The translations under genes and the position numbers were made by a program. From an uncultured Lentimicrobiaceae bacterium (GTDB taxonomy: Bacteria > Bacteroidota > Bacteroidia > Bacteroidales > 4484-276), in contig CAZQIV010000007.1 in assembly GCA_964593705.1 (NCBI GenBank), forward strand, positions 81 to 64,080: a stretch of 64,000 bases of DNA, written 5' to 3'. How positions within the stretch are numbered: position 1 is the stretch's first letter; the number at the start of each line of letters is the position of its first letter. Of the stretch, positions 21,193 through 27,556 are shown piece after piece. The notes below the pieces were generated by a model. It saw nothing but the letters and a program-made list of their open reading frames with translations. It did no database searches and was not told where the DNA came from.

Positions 21193-21241
21193 CGTTCATT
21201 CGATTAAAACAGATAATTAGCTACCTTTGGCTGCTAATAAC

Positions 21242-21409
21242 TTAACCTGATTAATTCACAAATTCGTTGAATTTGTGAATTAATCACCGAAGGCCGAAAA
21301 TATTTAAAATAAATATTTTCGAGGGTTAACCCTCGAATTTCCTTTGGAAATTCGGCTCTGACGGCTAATTAGCCGTCAGAGTGAAAAATTCATGAATTTT
21401 TCAGGTTAA
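21242..21409. repeat. string of six abutting palindromes enclosed by an outer inverted repeat
   Basis: Outer repeat is TTAACCTGA (21242-21250) / TCAGGTTAA (21401-21409). Inner palindromes are at 21250-21284, 21295-21321, 21320-21335, 21334-21354, 21356-21381 and 21382-21403. Confidence 0.8.
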
Positions 21410-21597
21410 CAATCCACAATTTGATGAATCCGGGAAAAAATGAAACACCAAATAGAATGACAACGAGCCAAATAAAAACTACATACAAAATGTCGTTTAA
21501 CTACACCGATTTCACTGCAGATAAAGGATGGGAAGGGGTTGTGAAAATGAGTTATAGGCAAGGGTGTAAAGACAAGTAATAAATAACAAGAGCAATA

Positions 21598-22038
21598 ATG
21601 AATAAAAAAATTTTAATTGCAATAATATTTGGACTTTTTGGATCAACTACTGAAATATTCTTCACAGCCTTTTCAAAGCTGTTTTCAAGTATTATAACTC
21701 AAAACAATTTGGATTTCTCATTAAAAGGCGAATCTTATGTCTGGATGTTTTTTATTTATAGTCTAATATCTCCGATGTATGATATTGGGTTTCCGAAAAT
21801 AAAAAATCATAACGTTATAATTAGAGTTGCACTATACGGCATAATAATTTTGACAATAGAGTTTATTATGGGATTTTTATTAGAATTCTTTCTTGGAAAA
21901 TGTCCATGGGAATATACATCAGGGATAATATTTTTTGGATACATTCGATTAGATTACATTTTCTTTTGGATGTTTTTTGGATTTATCATTGAGAGATTTT
22001 ATTTACTCCTTAACAATAGAATTACTCCCAACAATTAA
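21598..22038 (+). CDS. small polytopic membrane protein (DUF1113 / putative ABC-transporter type IV-like)
   Basis: 146 aa with four hydrophobic segments. CPWEYTSG resembles the WDYS motif of that family. The DNA is very AT-rich. Confidence 0.5.
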   Translation: MNKKILIAIIFGLFGSTTEIFFTAFSKLFSSIITQNNLDFSLKGESYVWMFFIYSLISPMYDIGFPKIKNHNVIIRVALYGIIILTIEFIMGFLLEFFLGKCPWEYTSGIIFFGYIRLDYIFFWMFFGFIIERFYLLLNNRITPNN

Positions 22039-22048
22039 AATAATCTAA

Positions 22049-23339
22049 ATGAGTATTGTCGTTAATATAGTCGGTTTAGCATCAACAATCTTCACAATTG
22101 CTTATGGGATTCTGGTTCCAAATGTGGCTAAAGAAAGAAACTATTACAAGAGTATTTTTGAAGAAAATACTATTAAGAAAACTTATTTTAACTATCTGAA
22201 TAATATTTTAGACTTTATTACTGATCACTTTGGCAAGTCCTTTAGTGGACAATCATTAAGTTTAAACACAAATTTAGCAGTCTTTTATTCTTTTGCAGTT
22301 TTTTTCTTTATTTACATTTTTACTGGTTATGGTAGTTTTGGAAATTTAGCCGTACTCAATGGGAATATTTCCAAAAGTATGCGTTTTTTTATTTTATTGG
22401 TGAGTACATTATATTTCCTATTTCTTTATTCAAATTATAAAAACATTAGAACTAACTTATCTAAAAAGATACTGTTTTCAAGAAAAGTTCTTTTGGTTTC
22501 TTTATCATTATTTCCAAGTATATTAATCGCTTTAATAATTTCGTTTGAATGGAATGGAATTCATGATGTCAGTATCGATATTAAAACACTTGCAATAGTT
22601 TCTCTTGCAATAACATTAAGTGCTGCGATCCTTGGCTTTAGTGGTGACGGAAAAGGATCCAAACGGGGTTATGGCGCACTTGTATTTAATGTTACCTACT
22701 TATCTATGGTAGGGCTTGCGGCAGTATTCTCTTCATTTATACAAATTCAAGAAAATGCTATTAAGCCTTTTGTAATATTGGCTGTATTTATCTCGCTATG
22801 CATTATTACTTATGTTTTATGGAAGAAAAAAAAAGGAATCTATTTCTATAATGTATTTATAGTTGGTTTGTCAATCTACGTTAAGAATTTCATACCAAAT
22901 ATTTTTGGCATGGATATAATTTCCTCATCTCTAATTTATTTCTTTGTCGCCTTGCCTTTCATAAATGGATTATTGGATTACATTTCATTAAGTATCAGTA
23001 GGCTCTTTGCAAAAAAAAATCGTTCAGGCGGGGAAAGTTCCAACACTTATTACACATGTAATCATTGACCTTTTATTAGCATTAATATTACTATGCTTTT
23101 TAATAATTATATTCATTTTTAATCATCCATTTGAAGCACTACGCAAGTCTATTATTAGTACACTCAATAAAAATAAACTTGTAACAGATGATAAGATAAA
23201 ACTTGTTTTATATGTTTCGATCGCCAGGTTTGGCTCTTTTTTTTCAATTATTTTTATTTTGGTTTTCCTTGTTGAAAATGTAGGCCCATTATTTATGTTA
23301 TGGATAAAAGAATTAACAAATATAATATTATGCATATGA
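22049..23339 (+). CDS. polytopic membrane protein split by a frameshift at an A9 run (ORFs 22049..23068 and 23007..23339)
   Basis: Removing one A from the run at 23011-23019 joins ...SRLFAKK to IVQAGKVPTLITHVIIDLLLALILL..., giving a single ~430-aa hydrophobic protein. Confidence 0.5.
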
Positions 23340-23986
23340 AAATTGAATTATTAAGTTTAGTTGCGGTAATTACCGCTATTATGGCCATTGTATTTCGCCA
23401 ACGAGAAAATACTAAAATGTATTCTGTTTTTAAACCTTTAACAACTATTCTAATAATTATAATTGGGTTGATTATCTTTCAAAACCAACGAAGCAATTAC
23501 TCCATAATAATAATTACTGCATTAATATTCTCTTTAATTGGAGATGTGTTTTTAATTAATAAGAAGTATTTCCTTCATGGGTTATCCTCTTTTCTTTTCG
23601 CTCACATTTGTTTTACAATTGGTTTTACAAGTATATTTGGTTTTAACTGGAACGTGATTCCTTTAATTGTTTTGGTTGGAGTCGGTGGTACATATTATAA
23701 TTTCCTCAGAAAGGATTTAAAAAAATACTCAATACCAGTATTAGTTTATATCACAGTTATTGTTGTTATGAATTGGCAAGCTATCGGATTAATTATTATT
23801 AAACATGATCTCATTTTTATTAGCATAGCAATCGCATCAATACTATTTTCATTTTCTGACTCTATTATTGCATATAACAAGTTTAAAAAGCCATTTAAGA
23901 TTGCTGAAATATTAATTCTATCAACATATTGGATTTCCATTTACATATTCACGATTGCAGGACAATATTTAGAGAACATCAAATAA
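23330..23986 (+). CDS. YhhN-family (lysoplasmalogenase-like) membrane protein
   Basis: FSLIGDVFL and FLFAHICFTIGF are typical of the YhhN family. An internal ATG (23330 or 23336) is the likelier start than 23300. Confidence 0.7.
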   Translation: MHMKIELLSLVAVITAIMAIVFRQRENTKMYSVFKPLTTILIIIIGLIIFQNQRSNYSIIIITALIFSLIGDVFLINKKYFLHGLSSFLFAHICFTIGFTSIFGFNWNVIPLIVLVGVGGTYYNFLRKDLKKYSIPVLVYITVIVVMNWQAIGLIIIKHDLIFISIAIASILFSFSDSIIAYNKFKKPFKIAEILILSTYWISIYIFTIAGQYLENIK

Positions 23987-23994
23987 CCCCAGCC

Positions 23995-24154
23995 TATAAC
24001 AGCAAATCATGGCACACCGCCGTTTAGCGGTTTTATAGAAAAATGATCCCGTCCCGATAGTCATCGGGAGCTATCGGGAAAAAAAGAAACATACGAGTAT
24101 TCAAAGAACTTTCTGCAAGTGAACGACTCCGAGCCATATTTGCGGAACGTTAGC
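23995..24154. repeat. post-ORF imperfect palindrome R1 (attC-like architecture)
   Basis: 5' arm is TATAAC-A-GCAAATCATGGC and 3' arm is GCCATATTTGC-GGAAC-GTTAGC. An internal CCGATAG..CTATCGG hairpin is present. Homologous to R2 and R3. Confidence 0.5.
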
Positions 24155-24251
24155 ATTCATCGTGAAAATCCGTATCCATTGAGAGAAATAGACCAAAGAA
24201 AATGAACGATCTTTGAATTTGAAATTTTGAAAAGTAATTATGACTAAATAA

Positions 24252-24680
24252 ACTGCCATCAAATTATTTGCCCAAAAACAGATTCGTACATTTTGGGATG
24301 AAGAAAAAGAAAAATGGTATTTTTCCATCGTTGATGTAGTTGGCGTTTTGACTGAGAATGACCACCAAAAAGCACGAAACTACTGGAAAGTCCTGAAACA
24401 CAGATTAAATATAGAAGGAAATGAAACGGTTACAAATTGTAACCGTTTGAAAATGCCCGCTCCTGATGGGAAAATGCGCATGACCGATGTTGCAAATACC
24501 GAACAACTTTTACGCCTTATTCAGTCCATTCCTTCCCCAAAGGCTGAACCTTTTAAACTTTGGTTAGCAAAGGTGGGTTACGAACGAATCGAGGAAACTG
24601 AAGATCCTGAAAAAGCATTTGACCGGGCTATGGAAACCTATTTGAAAAAAGGATATTCAATCCCGAAATTTCGGGACTAA
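24252..24680 (+). pseudogene. truncated Bro-N / DinD-like (phage antirepressor family) gene
   Basis: The frame is open from 24252 with no ATG. LFAQKQIRTFWDEEKEKWYFSIVDVVGVLTE... is a Bro-N type N-terminus. Homology ends at ...ETYLKKGYS, where a palindromic module (TCCCGAAATTTCGGGA) begins. Confidence 0.6.
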
Positions 24681-24820
24681 CATCAAATCATGCCCCACAG
24701 CCGCTTAGCGTTCATCTGAAAAAATAATCACGATAGCTATCGGGAGAAACAGAAACTTACGAAACATTAAAAAATATCTTGCAAGTTGGCAGCGGCGAGC
24801 CATATTCGCGGAATGTTTGC
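24678..24820. repeat. post-ORF imperfect palindrome R2
   Basis: Starts at the stop codon (TAAC ATCAAATCATGCC...) and ends ...GCCATATTCGCGGAATGTTTGC. About 70-80 percent similar to R1 by eye. Confidence 0.5.
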
Positions 24821-24883
24821 TACAAGTGGAATAAAAGCTCCTACACAAAATAAATATTTTAAAGGATTAATATAAAACTCATT

Positions 24884-25204
24884 ATGGAAACAACAAATTA
24901 TAAACGATTTGAGGATTTAGAGGATAAATACTATGGAAAGACAGGAACTCCAGAGCGTGATGAATATGAGTTTGATTTAAAAATGGAGTTAATTGGAGAA
25001 AAAATAAAAGAATTGAGAATCCAAAACAATCTGACTCAATCACAACTTGGAGAATTAATAGGCGTAAAACGTTCACAGATTTCAAAACTGGAACACGGAA
25101 ATCATAGTGCTTCTGTTTCAACGATTATGAAAGTTTTTCAAGCAATGAAAACTAATGTTAAATTACGAATTGAGACTAATGAAAATCTTGAATTTGCTTT
25201 TTAA
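24884..25204 (+). CDS. XRE-family helix-turn-helix protein (possible orphan antitoxin)
   Basis: IKELRIQNNLTQSQLGELIGVKRSQISKLEHGN is a classic HTH_3/XRE motif. Confidence 0.8.
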   Translation: METTNYKRFEDLEDKYYGKTGTPERDEYEFDLKMELIGEKIKELRIQNNLTQSQLGELIGVKRSQISKLEHGNHSASVSTIMKVFQAMKTNVKLRIETNENLEFAF

Positions 25205-25295
25205 CAACATTTTGTATAAGTGAAGGCAGGGTAAGTGCTAAATATTCCCGAAGTTTCGGGACTGCCACTACTCATACAATTTACCGACGTTATGC
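25199..25295. repeat. ~95-bp attC-like imperfect palindrome
   Basis: TAAC (25202-25205, overlapping the stop codon) and GTTATGC (25289-25295) flank arms ACATTTTGTATAAGTGAAGGCAG / CTGCCACTACTCATACAATTTAC, which pair at about 16 of 23 positions. The centre holds the TCCCGAAGTTTCGGGA hairpin. Confidence 0.45.
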
Positions 25296-25391
25296 GCAAT
25301 TTGAATAAGAACTCAAAAACATCATTAAGTTCTCAATACATCAGAACTATTTCTCTATCTTTGTCGTGCAAATCAATTAAAATTTTATGAT

Positions 25392-25748
25392 TTGAATATC
25401 ACAAACAAGCACATATTAGGGAAACTGATTTATAAAAACCGGGGAAATGAAAAGTTGTTAAAGGCGGTTAATCAACTTGTTGGCGAAATTGAAAATAGCG
25501 ATTGGAAAACACCTCTCGAATTGACAAAAAACAGACCCGATGCTGATTGTGTTTATGGTGGAGAATTCTATTTCTTCAACATCAACATTCATCGCACTTT
25601 GATACTTATTGAATTTGAAGAAAATGGAGAAGCTACTATTGTTTGGGCTGGTAACCACGATGATTACGAATTGATTTTCAAAAATAACCGGAGTGTGATA
25701 AAAAAATGGTTGAAAAATAATAATTGGATAAAAATGCAGGAGTCATGA
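25392..25748 (+). CDS. higB: type II toxin HigB (RelE superfamily)
   Basis: 118 aa. ...RPDADCVYGGEFYFFNINIHRTLILIEFEENGEATIVWAGNHDDYE matches the HigB_toxin family pattern. Its stop overlaps the next start (ATGA). Confidence 0.8.
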   Translation: MNITNKHILGKLIYKNRGNEKLLKAVNQLVGEIENSDWKTPLELTKNRPDADCVYGGEFYFFNINIHRTLILIEFEENGEATIVWAGNHDDYELIFKNNRSVIKKWLKNNNWIKMQES

Positions 25749-26296
25749 AAGAAATAATGGATATAAAAGAAGTTGAAAAAATTAATCGCTTGGAAAATGA
25801 ATTTGACTTGCAGAAAGCATCTTTGCTCGAACGTAAATTACGGTTAATGATAGACGAGAATCCTGATTTAAAACCCGTTAGGAAGAAACTTCGTGATTTA
25901 ATAAAAGAGTACGAAGCAAGAGAATGGGCTGACTTTGAAAATATATCAGATTCAAAGGTTAAAGAATCTGACAAAGCGGAGATAATTGTTTACTACGAAC
26001 AAAAATTCATAAGCAAACGAAAGGAAAGTATCCGTAAAAAACTAAAGGAGTTCGATATGACACAACAGGATTTAGGGGTTCTTTTGGAACATCCAAAATC
26101 TTACATGAGCGAATTGATAAATGGGGTTTCACAGTTTACAATGAAAGATTTAATTATTGTTCATCGAATTTTGGGGATTAGTTTGAAAATATTGATTCCA
26201 ACATATTTACAATCAGAAACAAGGGAAAGGGTTCGGGAATCAATCAGGAAATTGAACAAGCCGAAATTAGGATTAGGAAAAGCTGAATTGGCATAA
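25745..26296 (+). CDS. higA: HigA-type antitoxin with C-terminal HTH
   Basis: ATG at 25745 overlaps the HigB stop. The HTH is DMTQQDLGVLLEHPKSYMSELINGV. Confidence 0.75.
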   Translation: MKEIMDIKEVEKINRLENEFDLQKASLLERKLRLMIDENPDLKPVRKKLRDLIKEYEAREWADFENISDSKVKESDKAEIIVYYEQKFISKRKESIRKKLKEFDMTQQDLGVLLEHPKSYMSELINGVSQFTMKDLIIVHRILGISLKILIPTYLQSETRERVRESIRKLNKPKLGLGKAELA

Positions 26297-26307
26297 AATA
26301 AGAAACT

Positions 26308-26374
26308 TATAACATCAAATCGTGGCACACAGCCGCTTAGCGTTCATCTGGAAAAATGATCCCGTCCCGATAGC
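26308..26374. repeat. post-ORF element R3 (5' half only)
   Basis: TATAACATCAAATCGTGGCACACAGCCGCTTAGCGTTCATCTGGAAAAATGATCCCGTCCCGATAGC. Homology to R1/R2 stops abruptly. Confidence 0.55.
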
Positions 26375-26483
26375 TCTATAATTATCAAAACTATCAAAAA
26401 TTACATGTTTTGATAATTTATTTAGTATTTGGCAATAATTAAGAATTAAAAAAGCAAGACTAATGAAAATCTTGAATTCATTG

Positions 26484-26572
26484 CAGTAGTGCCATTTTGA
26501 AAGAAGAAGCCCGGGCTATTTTGAAAGATTATTTTGATGTGGAGATGTAAAGCCGGAAGAAATGCCCAACTT
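26484..26572 (+). repeat. relic of a TPR-gene 3' end, copy C
   Basis: Reads ...SSAILKEEARAILKDYFDVEM* followed by AAGCCGGAAGAAATGCCCAACTT. It is preceded (26459-26483) by a relic of the 3' end of the XRE gene (ACTAATGAAAATCTTGAATT). Confidence 0.75.
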
Positions 26573-26592
26573 TGCCAAAAATTTGAACAGAT

Positions 26593-26934
26593 ATGACCGA
26601 CATTGAAACGATAAGTTCAGCATTGCTTGATTTCAGGAATGAACGCAACTGGGAGCAATTTCACAACCCCAAAGATTTGGCGATGGCACTTTCCATCGAG
26701 GCTGCCGAGCTCAACGAACTTTACCTGTGGAAAAATTACGAGCAACTTGATACCGTGCAGGAGAAAAGAGTAAAGGAGGAGCTGGCCGATGTGTTTGCTT
26801 ATGCTTTTATGCTGGCCGAAAAATATGGATTCGATGTAAAGGAAATTATGCTGGATAAAATGAAATTGAATGCTAAAAAATACCCCATCGAAAAATCGAA
26901 AAACCTCGCTACAAAATACACCGAGTTGGGATAG
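26593..26934 (+). CDS. MazG-like nucleotide pyrophosphohydrolase
   Basis: 113 aa. ERNWEQFHNPKDLAMALSIEAAELNELYLW and EELADVFAY are the EExxE/D metal-binding helices of small MazG/dCTPase-type proteins. Confidence 0.8.
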   Translation: MTDIETISSALLDFRNERNWEQFHNPKDLAMALSIEAAELNELYLWKNYEQLDTVQEKRVKEELADVFAYAFMLAEKYGFDVKEIMLDKMKLNAKKYPIEKSKNLATKYTELG

Positions 26935-27103
26935 CAGATGAGGGCCATTTATTTATGGATGTCCTTTGTGAACAGGCATAATAAAGTCGATTTATAACTG
27001 AACTCCAAAGTTGACTTTCTAATAATATTTCAGCTGCTTTATAGGATTCTTTAGCTTTTTCAAGCCTATATTTTACATATTCCTTTCGATCAGATGGCTT
27101 CAT
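26909..27103 (-). pseudogene. truncated HEPN-domain partner of the adjacent nucleotidyltransferase
   Basis: The N-terminus (YVKYRLEKAKESYKAAEILLESQLWSSVINRLYYAC) is HEPN-like. Homology is lost after YYAC, and the 3' end overlaps the MazG gene by 26 nt. Confidence 0.55.
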
Positions 27104-27435
27104 ATTTTAATTCCTTCTGCTATTACATTCTTGTAAAATGGAGTAAAACTTAATTTTGTATTCCAATCATTTTTTGAATATACAAAGGTTGAAAAAGGTT
27201 CTTCAATTTCCAATTCCAAGTCAAATAAGTTATGGCGAAATTCTTTTTCCTTTTTCAATGAAATTGGATAATCTGTTAAAATCAATAAGTCCCAATCTGA
27301 TTCAGAATGTTCTTCCCCTCTGGCCCTTGAACCATATAATATTACATCTGCTTTCGGGTCAATTTCTGAAACATTTTCCCTGATTAATTGTATAATATGT
27401 TTTTTGGTCTCTTTCATTTCCTGCAAAATTATCAA
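27100..27435 (-). CDS. MNT-type nucleotidyltransferase (antitoxin-like)
   Basis: YGSRARGEEHSESDWDLLILT is the GSxxRG...DxD NTase motif. There is a 4-nt overlap with the HEPN ORF. Confidence 0.8.
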   Translation of the reverse strand: MIILQEMKETKKHIIQLIRENVSEIDPKADVILYGSRARGEEHSESDWDLLILTDYPISLKKEKEFRHNLFDLELEIEEPFSTFVYSKNDWNTKLSFTPFYKNVIAEGIKI

Positions 27436-27556
27436 TTCCTTTTGAAATACATAATTCTATTTGAATGATCGGCATATTTCCGTGTAAAGCTCCACTAATA
27501 TAGCTCAGGGTCACCTCATGTGCATATTGGTTTTCATGTTTATTAACTGCACAAAC

